Shown piece after piece: positions 41,608 to 56,254 of a stretch of 64,000 nt of DNA. How positions within the stretch are numbered: position 1 is the stretch's first letter; each line of letters opens with the position of its first letter. A program made the position numbers and the translations under genes. The notes under the pieces were generated by a model. It was not told where the DNA came from. It saw only the letters and a program-made list of their open reading frames with translations, and did not search any database. The DNA comes from Octopus vulgaris. Taxonomy: Eukaryota. The stretch lies in the NCBI GenBank assembly GCA_951406725.2, contig OX597821.1:66464001-66528000 (forward strand), in the 5' to 3' direction.

Positions 41608-42449
41608 AATGTTAATAGCGAAACTAGTTTATGGTTAATCTATATTTTGTATCTTTTCATTTGTCTTGCTCGCTTACGTTCTGGCGTTTGCTAAATTTTT
41701 CTTGAGAACATTCCTTTCTTAGTGGTAAGACCATAGCGGAGCTACTTCTAGCATAATAGATCTTCACGTAGTGGTCATCCCTCTTATATATATAATATAC
41801 GCAAGAGTTCACGAAATTGACAAACTGCAACAACAGTGAAAAATGTATCTTGTATGCGTACACACACATACACACACATTCACACATATGTGTATGTGTG
41901 TTTATAGGGGTGTCTTTGTCATGCCTGGAACGATGTGGCTGAGAGGCAAACTAAATTTTATCAATACAGCATATATCACATATGTCATTGAAAAACCAGA
42001 AGCAGCAAATTTTTAATGAACACTCTTCGTACATGTCTGTCTGTGTCTGTATACACAAACACACGCGGACACGCACACACATGCGCACACACACATACAC
42101 ACATTCACACACATGTACATGTGTGTATGTATGTGTGTGTGTGTGTTTATAGGTGTGTCTTTGTATCTGCCTTTATCATTTCCAAATGATTCACAACTGG
42201 TATTGATTTACTTGAGTCTTCGTAGGCTAGCGGTTCAGCACAAAGGACAACTTTGGACACATATTTCGTGACACTTTGATACAGCCCTCTACTCAATCCC
42301 AGAGAATTATTGATTTTCTTTATCAGAATAAAGCGATAAATATATTACAATGACGTCGTACATACGATTGAACATCTCTTAAAGTGATACAGAAAAATCC
42401 CAGACAATTAGGGATGTTGAGCTCCAGTAAATGATTAGTACAAAATATA

Positions 42450-42830
42450 TACTTCTCCTTTTTACCTCTCGCTGGTTTCAGTCATTGGATTGCGACCATG
42501 ACGGGGAAGTCCTTGAATGGTTTTATCCGAGGAGAACATCCGTGGCAGTTGTTTTAAAGTTTGGTTATTATTCATTGTTTCCGAGCCACTTACTTACGAG
42601 GGATGTAAACAAACCAAGACCGGTTATTTTATCAAGAGTAAAATATAACAAGATCTCTTACTCAAGCGCGGACACTAACACGGCTTTTTTTCAGTTACCA
42701 TCTTCCAATTTCAGTCACGAGGTATTTGTTGAACCGGGAAAAGTAGTAGAAGGTGTCCTAGATGCCGCGCAGTAGGACTAAAATCGAAACCACGACGTCG
42801 CGAAGTGAACTTGTTAACCAATCACCCATG
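42450..42830 (-). mobile_element. Highly diverged SINE family A copy
   Basis: GTTTCAGTCATTGGATTGCGACCATG...GTAGTAGAAGG..GCCGCGCAGTAGGACT..ACCAC. Confidence 0.6.
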
Positions 42831-43197
42831 CTTAGTATAATAAATTATTTCTACTGCGAAGAGGAAGAAAAGAATTAAAGATGAGTGTTTATCCTTTCAA
42901 CGGTAACCACACTCTGATGAGGGACGCTTGGGGAAGCATTTAGAGTTAGCACTCCCTCACAGGAATACTATGAATTCCAATTGATAACATTTTTGAAATG
43001 ATCTATGCTTATTATGTTGAGCTAATTGCATCAACTTTCAGCGAGATAAGAACAAAATTATAAGATTTTTAAATAGGCGAGCACGTATATGAAGCTATGT
43101 AATCTCTGCACGTTCATATTCATTTTCATGCGATACATATACGATTTCATCTTTAATAAATATCTTTCCCGGAAATATTTGTCAAATTTTGTTCCTT

Positions 43198-43235
<38 letters not shown>

Positions 43236-43315
43236 TTGTGTACACACACACACACATGTATATATATAACTATATTATATAACATATATATATATAAAAT
43301 TACACTATATTACAT

Positions 43316-43361
<46 letters not shown>

Positions 43362-43380
43362 CATAATCTAATATAGTATA

Positions 43381-43415
<35 letters not shown>

Positions 43416-43575
43416 GGTCCCGGGTTGATTCGGGGTTAACCACAGTAAGTAAGGTACTAATACATACATAAAATTAATTTATTATATAGAAGGAGTTCTA
43501 CAGGATAGTACTATTCAAGAGAAATCTTCATTCCTGAGTTTCTGAATGAAACAGTACTTCCTATATATATAATAA

Positions 43576-43611
<36 letters not shown>

Positions 43612-43650
43612 ATGTATATATATATGTATGAATATAACTATGCTATATCA

Positions 43651-43688
<38 letters not shown>

Positions 43689-43758
43689 CGTATGCCTATT
43701 CAGATGCGTTTCATTAATGTTCTTTATAAATCTATGTTTGCATATGTGTGTGTATATG

Positions 43759-43791
<33 letters not shown>

Positions 43792-44039
43792 TTAACAACC
43801 TTTCTAACAAAGACTGTATTCTTATCTCCATTTCTAAAGAGTGTAGGTGTATTCGGCCAGCATGTTTAAGAATAGTCTATATTGCTAAGAGCAATAATAA
43901 ACGTGAAACTAATTGTTACTCACTGACCGGCCATGGCAAACGAGTACGTAAAATACTTCTGCTGAAAAAAATATGAAATTGTGCTTGCTGTGGATGCGCA
44001 CTAAATTTTAACATTCTATATCATCCCCGCTGTTTACAG

Positions 44040-44750
44040 CAGTGCTCGGAAGGAACCTGTGTAGCGTGTGATCGTCGCATCAAATTTTGCCAAATGCTTG
44101 GCGATACCTGCTCAGAGCCCTACGCAAACTTGCAGAAAGTGTATGGAGAATAGTGCATGACCCGAATAAATGTCGACAGTGAAGAATCCTCTGGGAGTAC
44201 CGCAATCAACAGATCTGAGAGAAACATTGCAGATGTGCGCGCAGCTGTGAGGGGGAAAATCGTCGAACAACCATCCGTGAGTTATCAGAGGACGTGCAGG
44301 TAAGTTACGGTCTTTTTCAGTCCATTATCTCTGAAGATATTAGGCATGAGATGCGTATCGAAGTTTGTACCAAAACTGCTTTCAGGTGATAACATATTTG
44401 CATATTTACGCAGCTTGTACAGCAGTTTTTGGTTAGGCACAGCATTCTCCAGATCCGAAAGACACCGTATTCCCAGACCTCGCCCCTTACGACTGTTCAT
44501 TCTTCCAAAAATCAAATCCCGCTTGAAAGGAAGATTTCAGAACGTCGAGGAAATCAAAGTGAATGCGATGAATCAGCTGTTGATTACCCCAGAAACGAGT
44601 TCCAGGAATGCTCCAATCATTGGAAACAGTGCTGGAGTAAGTGTGTGGCTTCTGAAGGGGACTACTTTGAAGGAGATTAAATGCCAAATGGGTACGTGCT
44701 GTAGGTCTCATTTTATAGCACTAGTCAGGATATTTATTGATCAGACCTCA
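44040..44750 (+). mobile_element. Internally deleted mariner element
   Basis: N-terminal IKFCQMLGDTCSE.YA.LQKVYGE and RCVSKFVPKLLS. C-terminal PYSQ.., LKGRFQNVEEIK and FQEC..HWK..WSKCVASEGDYFEGD*. Right terminus ...TATTGATCAGACCTCA|TA at ~44734-44752. Confidence 0.85.
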
Positions 44751-44751
44751 T

Positions 44752-44819
<68 letters not shown>

Positions 44820-44883
44820 TTATTTATTTATTTCATCTAGTTTCAGCTCACAAGCTGTGGCCATGCTGAGGCACCCACCATTT

Positions 44884-44924
<41 letters not shown>

Positions 44925-44967
44925 AACAAACTTACTTAGAAATGGATGCGTGCGTTCTGTCGTGTAA

Positions 44968-45431
44968 TAACAAATTAATAAATAAAACATATGCATATAT
45001 ACATACATATATGTACGTACCTACATCTACATGTATATATACATGCATATATGTGTACAGGACACCAAAAAAAAAAAAAAAACGTCGAACACAATGAGAA
45101 ACGAAAACATAAACACAAAACCAAGGAACTGGACATTTTTCTTAAACAACGATAAAATAGAGTGCAGGACATATAACACAAGGAAAAGAACACAAGGAAA
45201 AGAACACAAGGAAAATTCCCCTTTTCCTTGTGTTATATGTCCTATACTCTATTTTTTCGTCGTTTAAGAAAAATGTCCAGTTCCTTGGTTTTGTGTTTAT
45301 GTTTACGTTTCTCATTGTGTTCGACGTTTTATGGGTGTCATGTACACATATATGAATGTATATATACATGTAGAGGTAGGTACGTACATATATGTATGTA
45401 TATATGCATATGTTTTATTTATTAATTTGTT
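44968..45431. repeat. Long fold-back inverted repeat (~215 bp arms) between microsatellites
   Basis: 44968-45187 is the reverse complement of ~45220-45431. The same peptides appear in ORFs 45031(+)/45142(-) and 44975(-)/45228(+). The spacer holds a triplicated AACACAAGGAAAAG. Confidence 0.88.
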
Positions 45432-45457
45432 TATATATATACTTACACACACACACA

Positions 45458-45525
<68 letters not shown>

Positions 45526-45599
45526 CGTATATTTTGATTTTGTATTTGGTTTGCAAGATTCTTAATGTGAATTCGTGTACTGAAGCATATTTTACTGTA

Positions 45600-45792
45600 T
45601 CTGGGGAGAGTCATTCTGTTTTAATGCCTTATTAATTAACAAATTCATCGGTTCAAGTTCCACTCCTTTATTATTTTGCATCTAAAATTTCCGTTGCTTC
45701 TTGAAACCTTTTCAACAGTTGTTGACTCTGTCAGTTATCGGAGCTGCATGTGTTAATTAATAAGGCATTAAAACAGAATTTCTCTCCCCAGA
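45600..45792. repeat. Short inverted-repeat module (~41 bp arms)
   Basis: TCTGGGGAGAG..ATTCTGTTTTAATGCCTTATTAATTAAC (45600-45640) versus GTTAATTAATAAGGCATTAAAACAGAAT..CTCTCCCCAGA (45752-45792). Confidence 0.75.
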
Positions 45793-45840
45793 CATGACAA
45801 TATATATGTATATATTATCTTTAACCAAAAGTATTATTGA

Positions 45841-45888
45841 TAGTGACCTCGAAGTTTCGGCCAGGTAAGCCATGGCTCATCGACCTAC
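45841..45888 (-). ncRNA. Degenerate hammerhead-like motif
   Basis: Minus strand TAGG-TCGATGA-GCCA(TGGCTTACC)TGGC-C-GAAA-CTT(CG)AGG-TC-ACTA; the first core bases are altered. Confidence 0.45.
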
Positions 45889-46389
45889 TTACTCAATCGG
45901 TTGTTTAATGACCTTGAAAAACTAACACTCTTTTCGTTGGAGCCGTGCATGTTCTTCTGACATATATATATATCTGTCTGTGCGTCTGTGAAGTCTGTAA
46001 TATTTGTTTTTTCTGTTTTGACATGAACCTCTCTCCCTTTCTCTTACTCTCTTTTGCACACTCTCTTTGTCTCCCTCTCCCTCTCTCTTCCTCTCCCTTT
46101 CTCAATCTCTTTCCCGTCCTCTCTCTGCCTCTCTCTTGTAACTCTCTTTCCAAATCTCCCTTTTCCTCTCTCTTGCACACTCTCTTTCCCTCTCTCTCTC
46201 TTCCTCTTCTTTTCCTATTCTCTCTCCCCCCCCTCTCTTCCTCTCTCTTGCACACTCTCTTTCTCTCCCTTCCTTTCTCCGGATAGATAAACAATTCGGA
46301 CAATCAATTAAAAAAAAAACACGATTTTTCAAAGCGACACAAAAACACGCAATTTACAGGAGTGGATGTGTGGCAAGTAGCTTGCTTAC

Positions 46390-48216
46390 AGGTTGCTTCT
46401 GCGCATGTGCGAGTCAGTGTTGTGTTTGGCACTGAAGCGGTGAAGACGTGCTTTTGAAGCCGTCTTGAATTGAAAATTTTTGAAGCCCCATTGTAAGGTA
46501 AGATTCTGTTTTCTGGGTCCAGTGGGAGTTTTTGTTGAAAATTGTTTTTTACAGGCAGGAAGTCCTACTGGATTCAGAATTCTGATTCTGCCGACATGGG
46601 GCAAATATATATTTTCTCGCTGAATTGTGAGAATTTTTGGGGGGCGTATTCGTCTTCGATAATTGAGTGAATATTTTTCTCACCTAATTATGAGAATTGT
46701 ATTGTGCTGTGAAGAACTTTAAGAATTGTGAGAACTGTTATATAGGGGAGTGTTTTGCCTCCGAAGTTTGAACAATTTTTACCAATTTTACACCAATTTT
46801 TGTGGAAGTTGTGTTCCAGTTGCGGCGTTCCGGGTTCAATTTAGGCCGGGAGTACCGAATGGCCAGAAGGCTTTTGCTGTGTTATTGACTTTCTTTTTAA
46901 CTTTATTTAACTTTCTCCTTTTTTGTTCATTGTGACTTTCTTCTGATTTCTTTTTCTTCTCGCTTTGTAAGTTTTATTTTGAATATATTTAAAAAAAAGA
47001 AAAAAAAACAAAAAAAACATGGCAATGAAAAATGACAAAATTTTGGAATGGGAGATCATACCGCCTAAAAAGTGGTTAAAAGACCGTGAAGATAGGACGG
47101 TGGTGTTGAGAACCTACTCCAAGGCACTCGACACCATCGCCCTGTTCGAAAAGACGGCAATTGAAAAGGAGTTGGCAGAGTATTTGCCAACAATTAAATT
47201 CATTTCCAGGGGTGTTAAATATGCAACGGTGTGGTTGCTATTTGACACCCCTGAAGAGGCTTGCAAATTTGCTAGTAAACCTCTGGAGGGTAAGGAAATT
47301 TTATTCCTGCCCACGTACCAAAAAAAGAGACTGACGAAAGCTTGGATTTGCGGGCTGCCACCCGGGATAGAATCCGAGTGGATAGAGGAGACTATCCGCC
47401 GGGGTCTGGGTAGCAGCGAAACTAAGCTCTTTAATGTGAAAGTTCTTCCTGCGGCTGCTTGGGTTGGGTCAAAAGCAATTTTGACCCTTTGGACCCAATC
47501 AGCCAATCTGGTTCTTCCAGACTTTTTGAAAATGGCCGGGTGCAGGTACCCGGTGATGTTTGAGGGTCGCCCCCCCTAAGTGTCATCGGTGCTTGGAGTC
47601 CGGCCATATAAAGAAGAACTGTCCCCGGGAACAAAATAGGATCCTGGAACAGTTAAGTGAAACCCCTGTAGAAGAGGGAATGATAACGACCGAGGAAGCA
47701 GAGGACTCCTCAAATAGAGGCCGAAAGAGGAAGATGAGCAACAATGGGTGCTCACCAAAGGATACTAGGGATGAGGAGGGAAAGGCGAATCTTCCGGCCA
47801 CAGAGGAGACGCACCCTCCCTCAATTGAAAAGAAAAGAAAGAAAAAGAGGAAGAGAAATGGAACATTACCGGCTGTCGGTGACATAGCACCGGAATGTCC
47901 CGGAACTACGTCGGTTGGGGTTGTGCCACCGACAGGAGAAGAAATACCGTTGGCGGGAACTGTGCCGCCAACGAAAGAATTGAATATCCCGCACCCGAGC
48001 AAAAACGAGGTATTGATCCTCTTCCATAGAGGCGGAGAGATTGAAAAGGTGATGGAAAAGCACCACAAGGGAGCACCTTTAGCCTTCACACAGGACCCCG
48101 AATGACCTCCGCAGGTAGCTGTGGAGGCCGTGGAGTTCGACGTGACGCTTGGGCTGAAAGAGCTCAATGAGGATTATAACTCTATGTACTGCCTTAATGG
48201 CAAATGTTATGGAATA
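46390..48216 (+). mobile_element. ORF1-only (gag-like, CCHC zinc knuckle) non-LTR retroposon with 15-bp TSD
   Basis: AAGTAGCTTGCTTAC at 46375-46389 and 48217-48231. About 630 bp of 5' leader precede ORF 47019-47579, which is frameshifted at a C7 run into CHRCLESGHIKKNC (47560-48105 frame). The frame stays open past the TGA at 48103 to the element end. Confidence 0.8.
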
Positions 48217-48606
48217 AAGTAGCTTGCTTACCAGCCACATGGCTCTGGGTTCAGTCCCATTGCGTGGCAACTTGGGCAAGTGTCTTCTACTAGAACTTCG
48301 GGCCGACCAAAGCCTTGTGAATGGATTTGGTGACGGAAACTGAAAGAAGCCTGTCATATACATGTTTATATATATATATATATATATATATGCGTGTGTG
48401 TATATGTTTGTGTGTCTGTGTTTGTCCCTCCCCACCAACATTGCTTGACAACCGATGCTGGCTGTCCCCGAAACCTAGCGGTTCGGCAAAAGAGTCCGAT
48501 CGAATAAGTACTAGGCTTACAAAGAATAAGTCCTGGGGTCGATTTGCTCGACTAAAAGCGGGGCTCCAGCATGGCTGCAGTCAAATGACTGAAACAAGTA
48601 AAAGTG
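48217..48606 (+). mobile_element. SINE family A body whose head (46357-46389) was split off by the ORF1 element
   Basis: CAGGAGTGGATGTGTGGCAAGTAGCTTGCTTAC at 46357-46389 continues seamlessly as ..CTTACCAGCCACATGG..GGTTCAGTCCC at 48231. Confidence 0.88.
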
Positions 48607-48656
48607 TAAAGAGATATAGATAGAGAGATAGATATAAAAAGATATAGATAGATATA

Positions 48657-48741
<85 letters not shown>

Positions 48742-48742
48742 G

Positions 48743-48896
48743 CAACGGGCTTCTTTCAGTTTCCGTTTACCAAATCCACTCACAAGGATTGAAGACACTT
48801 GCTGAAGACACTTGCTGAAAGTGCCAAGCAATGGGATTGAACACAGAACCATGTGGTTGGGAATGAAGCTTTTTACCACACAGCCACTCCTACACC
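48743..48896 (-). mobile_element. SINE family A 5' part
   Basis: Identity to the other copies. Confidence 0.75.
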
Positions 48897-49229
48897 TCTT
48901 CTTTTTCATTAATCAAATCATCCCTGATCACACAGGTAAATGATTAAAGGCTTTCAAGGTGGTGACAATCTTGTCTTTTAGAATATCAGTCAATACATTA
49001 CTTCACTAAATCTTTCTTAAGTTATAAGAGCTCAGGAAGTGATTTGGAGGAGATTTTGACTGTTGTTTCTGTTGGACTGTGACCACGTAACGGATATCTC
49101 GTTAACTGGAAAAGGTTAAGTTTTTATTCTGATGTGAACTCGTGAATGGAATACCATTATGTTGGAGACTAAGCAGGAATATTAGCGCAAGTTAATAAAT
49201 CACCAAAAATATAATGCCGCCATCGACGA

Positions 49230-51200
<1,971 letters not shown>

Positions 51201-51879
51201 TGTTTCTAACGATTTTCATATCCTTTTCTTTTGCCTCTATGCACGTTGCCGTTTGCCCCTCTCTCACCCTTCCAGTCACACCCATCTCCTCCCCACCAAA
51301 TCACACCCACCCTCATATCCTGCCAACCAATAATCCACCGAAAACATTTATTAAAATTCTTTGCTGCGGAAAAACAAACCAAAAACAACAACAACAAAAC
51401 AAAGGCAAACAACTCCCATCACCACCCCCCACCCCGCCCCCACTCTACCCCCTCAGAATTTCAACAAAAAAATAAAAACAAAAATATAACAGTAAAAACA
51501 AATTAAAAAACAAAGTCATTAGTTCTAGTGCCGTAAATCTTACTTTTATTATCAGGTAAGAGTTGGTATTCCAGCTGATTTGCATTCTTGACGTCATTTT
51601 CGGTCGGTCGTGCTGAGGAGGGGAAGTGAGGAAAATAAAATATAAAAAAAAGTGAAAGGAAAGTGAACTGGACAAGGAATTCGCTGTAATTTATCATTTA
51701 TTAAGAACAACGCAAAGAAAAGAAGAAAGAAAAAGGCTATAAAAATTACAGCAACAAAAACAAGAGCTGATATTACACTGACGACGACGACTACGGTGAC
51801 GCGTCAGTAGTAACAACAACAACAACAACAATAACAACAACAACAACAACAACAACAATAATAATAATAATAATAATAA

Positions 51880-52258
51880 ATGCCCTGATGCAGTACCAAT
51901 GCCCTGATACAGTACCTAAATGCCCTAATGCAGTGTCAGGCAGTGGCTCTCGTGGCTTCTGATCTTAACTGATTGGAGTGCTATCATGTACATTGTTTTG
52001 TCTTGGTGTAAAAGAAGGGCTACAGCAAATATTCTGCTCAATACCACAGATTCGTTTGTCAGTTGTTTGACCTTAACCAGTTGAGCATGTCCCTTAGTGG
52101 CTGACGATATGTGAATCTCTGATCACGAGCAGAAGTAGTGGGGGAGCATCATAGCCATGTGTTGAAAGGGATTCTTTGTGGTCTAAATAATTCGCCTCTG
52201 GAAACATGGGTGTTTCGTTCAACATCATTAAACAACTCTTATTCAGGGACCTTTTGAG
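51880..52258 (-). mobile_element. Probable LINE 3' UTR-type interspersed repeat ending in (ATT)n
   Basis: Non-repetitive ~380 bp block abutting an (AAT)n tract, with a triplicated TGCCCTGATGCAGTAC terminus (51880-51935). The family is not identified. Confidence 0.35.
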
Positions 52259-52261
52259 CGG

Positions 52262-52529
52262 GAATTTGAATTCAAAACGTAAGTACAGACGAGATACCTA
52301 TTTCTTTACTACCCTCAAAGGGGTAAACACAGAGGGGACAAACAAGGACAGACAAAGGGATTAAGTCGATTACATCGACCCCAGTGCGTAACTAGTACTT
52401 ATTTAATCGACCCCGAAAGGATGAACGGGAAAGTCGACCTCGGCGGAATTTGAACTCAGAACGTAACGGCAGACAAAATACCGCTGCGCATTTCGCCTAG
52501 CGTGCTAACTTTTCTGCCAGCTCGCCGCC
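52262..52529 (-). mobile_element. SINE family B (with partial second unit)
   Basis: GGCGGCGAGCTGGCAGAAAAGTTAGCAC head on the minus strand. Confidence 0.85.
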
Positions 52530-52535
52530 TTGATA

Positions 52536-52623
<88 letters not shown>

Positions 52624-52639
52624 TGATGATAACATAAGA

Positions 52640-53372
52640 AGTTGTGTAGATGAAAAAGGTAGCGGTAGATGAAAAAGAGCCCCGAGAACAGTGGGCAAAA
52701 TCTCAAGATGACGAGGTAAAAACAAACCACTTGAGAAATAAAGTATATTGGGAGGTGTCAGTAAAATGCAGAGTCTGAGGAATTAGAAATGAGACAGTGA
52801 AAGACTTTGTTGCAGAATGTCCCAAGATGGCCCAGGGAAGAATTTCATAAATGGAGGCATGACCAAGTTGTAAGAGTTTTATACTGGAAGCTTTTATCAG
52901 AAATAGAGGACTAAAGCTGGTATGATCATCGGGTCGAAAGAGTGCAGGAGTCAGAGAAAGGCGAAACTTTTTTGAGGGACTTACTAATTCAAACAGATAT
53001 AAAGTTAGAAAATAATAAATCGGGCATAACAATAATTGATAAGCAAGATCGAAGTTGCTTATTAATTGATCCTTCAAGTTCGTTTGATTGCACGACTGTA
53101 ATGAAAGGTGATGAAAAAATTTGAAACAATACAACCCTTTAAAATTTGAAACTGCAAGAATTTGAAGTGAGAAAACTGTAATAATTGGAGCATTTGGGAA
53201 CTATGACAAAATATATAGACAAATGGTTCACGGACATTTGGAAAAGAATTTCTACAGAAATTGTGTCTCTTAAGGACGGGAAAGTTTATCAAGAGGGTTT
53301 TAAGCGTTTTTCAAAGATCATTGAAAGCTGGTGGATACCTGATGTTACAGGAAGTAACCTACTACCCACATA
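52640..53372 (+). mobile_element. Degraded R4/Dong-clade LINE 3' fragment after (AAT)n
   Basis: KCRV*G..NETV..FVAECPKMAQ..WRHDQV, IQTD..LENNKSGITIIDK...CLLID and IIIGAFGT. Confidence 0.65.
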
Positions 53373-53509
53373 AATTCAACAATGAATGGGAACGAACATC
53401 ATCAATAATCATAATTATCAACCTTGAAAGGATGAAGGGCAAAATCAAACTCGGTAGAATTTGACATCAGGAACGTCATGGCGCACGAAATGCAGCTAAG
53501 CATTTTGTC

Positions 53510-53764
53510 ATGATGGTGGTGGAGCTGGTGTGTGGTGGTGGTGGTGGTGGTGGTAGTGGTGACGGTGGTGCTGGTGGTGGTGGGGATGATGATAATGATG
53601 ATGATGGTGATGGTGGTGGTGGTGATGATGATGATGTTGATGTTGTTGTTGGTGGTGGTGGTGGTGATGATGAAAATGATGATGATGATAGTGGTGGTGG
53701 TTGCGGCGGCAGCGGCGGCGGCGGTGATGATGATGATGATATTGACGATGATTATGATGATGAA

Positions 53765-53798
<34 letters not shown>

Positions 53799-54138
53799 GT
53801 GATGATGTTGGTGATGATGATGTTGGTGATGATGATGAGTGGAAGTAGTGGCGGCGGTGGTGGTGATGATGATGATGATATTGACGATGATGATGATGAT
53901 GATGATGTTGGTGATGATGATGAGGATGGTAGTGGTGGTGGTAGCGTCGGCGGCGGTAGTGCCGTTGTTGTTGTTGTTGGTGATAATGATGATGAGGAGG
54001 AGGGGAGGAGGATTTTAGAGTGAATAACACATAAAGTTGATGGCGATGATGATCGATAACTCACGGAGATGATGATGATGATGATAATGACGATATCGTT
54101 TGACAATAGCAACGACGTAAAACGAGGAAGACGACGGC

Positions 54139-54169
<31 letters not shown>

Positions 54170-54240
54170 TGATGATGATGATGACGATGATGGCGATGAT
54201 GATGACGATGATAATGATGACCATGATGATGATGATGAGA
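53510..54240. repeat. (GGT)n/(GAT)n/(GAC)n trinucleotide field
   Basis: Direct observation. Confidence 0.95.
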
Positions 54241-54524
54241 GTTATTACTGATAAATAGTAATAATAATAGCAATGAATATGAACACCACCTAGGGTCCTT
54301 TTTTTATTTTTTGCTGCTCGCGAAATTAACTTGGATTCTCATTAAAAAAATCTGAGTGCAAAAAAATATATTTACGGGAGTATCGAGTACTTATTCGGTA
54401 CACCTTCATTTTCCTCACTTTCATTCTCTCCATCACTCTGTCACCCCCCTCTCTCTATATATATATACATATATAACTACACATGCGTATAAACACATTA
54501 TATCTATATATATTTATATATTTA

Positions 54525-54604
<80 letters not shown>

Positions 54605-54663
54605 TACATAATGTTTTTTAGACACATACACACACGTATATACATGTCCATATATGTATGTGG

Positions 54664-54712
<49 letters not shown>

Positions 54713-54780
54713 TATACTTTGATACTTTGATACGTTTCGGCCATTATTGGCCCAGGCCATGTCTAACTTAATAGCACCAC
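54713..54780 (-). mobile_element. Extreme 3' end of the CR1-type LINE family seen at 17271-18886
   Basis: Minus strand CTATTAAGTTAGACATGGCCTG matches 18821-18842 (IKLDMA), followed by an (TATCAAAG)n tail. Confidence 0.75.
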
Positions 54781-54787
54781 ACACATA

Positions 54788-54825
<38 letters not shown>

Positions 54826-54835
54826 CGTATATGTA

Positions 54836-54885
<50 letters not shown>

Positions 54886-55059
54886 CACACATACACATAT
54901 ATATATACACACATACAAAACTAAATATATTCATGTGTGGATACATTTCTATATATGTATGTGTGTGTGTATATATATATATATATACACATACATACAT
55001 ACATACATATATACATACATACATACATACATACATACATACATACATACATACATACA

Positions 55060-55133
<74 letters not shown>

Positions 55134-55551
55134 CTGAACAAACGCACATACATACACGCTCACACATATACGCTTTCTCCCCACCCTCACCTTTTCTCCA
55201 TTACTCCTCCTCTCTTTTCTAACTATTACCCAGATTCATTAATATCTGACATTCGATAGGGTGTCTGTATGAGAAATATTTTCAATGTGTTATTTAATTA
55301 TTTGTACACAAGAAGCATCCAAGGTTTCTCACACATTAAAAGGTCGTAAACTTACGGTATAACACGTTTTTTTTTTTTTTTTTTCTGTCAAGATGTATTA
55401 TATTATTACTTCCTATGAAACTTCACATTTTCTTGTTTATATCTTCAGAGCTGGTCTCGCTGTAGAAATTTGAGGAAACAAATTTGTAGAGGCCTGTGTC
55501 AGCTATTAGCGAATATAACTATGTTAGTAAGTGGAATACATTGGTTTACCT

Positions 55552-55958
55552 CAGCGCTAGATTAACCATTAAGCTAAATAAGTACGTGTTTAAAAACATC
55601 AAGGGAAATTGGGGGTACCGCAGAAATGGTAAATGGTCTACGGCACAAAAGAAACCATTTAAATTTTGCTAAAGTGATATGTGAAGTGGTTTATATGACG
55701 GGAAATATAATTTCGATGTGTCATAGCAAGTATCTGATCAAAGACATTGTAATTAAGAAAAGGCGTAGGAAAAAACTTTTCAAGTATAAATAAAGTGGAA
55801 ATAGACAAATTAAACATAATTTTCCATCTTCTTCTTGGGCTTGAAAAATACAAATTTATTTTATGGTTTATGATGCTTTATATTTTGAATTACTTATATA
55901 TGGGGGCACCAAAATCTTACAAGTGCTTAGGGCCTCTATCTGTCTTTATCAGGGCCTG
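55552..55958. mobile_element. hAT-type MITE
   Basis: Imperfect termini CAGCGCTAGATTAA / TTTATCAGGGCCTG with an 8-bp TSD GTTTACCT (55544-55551) / GTTTACTT (55959-55966). An 8-bp TSD with CAG..CTG ends is the hAT signature. Confidence 0.7.
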
Positions 55959-56254
55959 GTTTACTTTGAAGAGCAAGTGCCTAACTTTCCGGTTATGTCA
56001 TTTGTTAGAGATATCTTATATTGGCATTATACTTGTGGTTTGGGAAGAGGGTGAAGGAAAGAAAAAGAAAGTGAAGAAAATGGGGACAGGTAACACCTGT
56101 TATGTTGTACGAAATTTGCTTCCCAATCACATGGTCCCAGCTTCAGACTGACGGTGTGGCTCTCTGTGCAAATTTCTTTTGCTATAGCTTCGGACACCAA
56201 CTGAAGCCTTGTAGATGATTTAGTAGGTGGAAACTGAAAAATGTCTGTTGTATT

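Noticed and set aside
42911-42947. CTGATGA hammerhead-like start
   Set aside because: There is no GAAA with a pairing stem II or III. The same applies to CTGATGA at ~28335 and ~35593.
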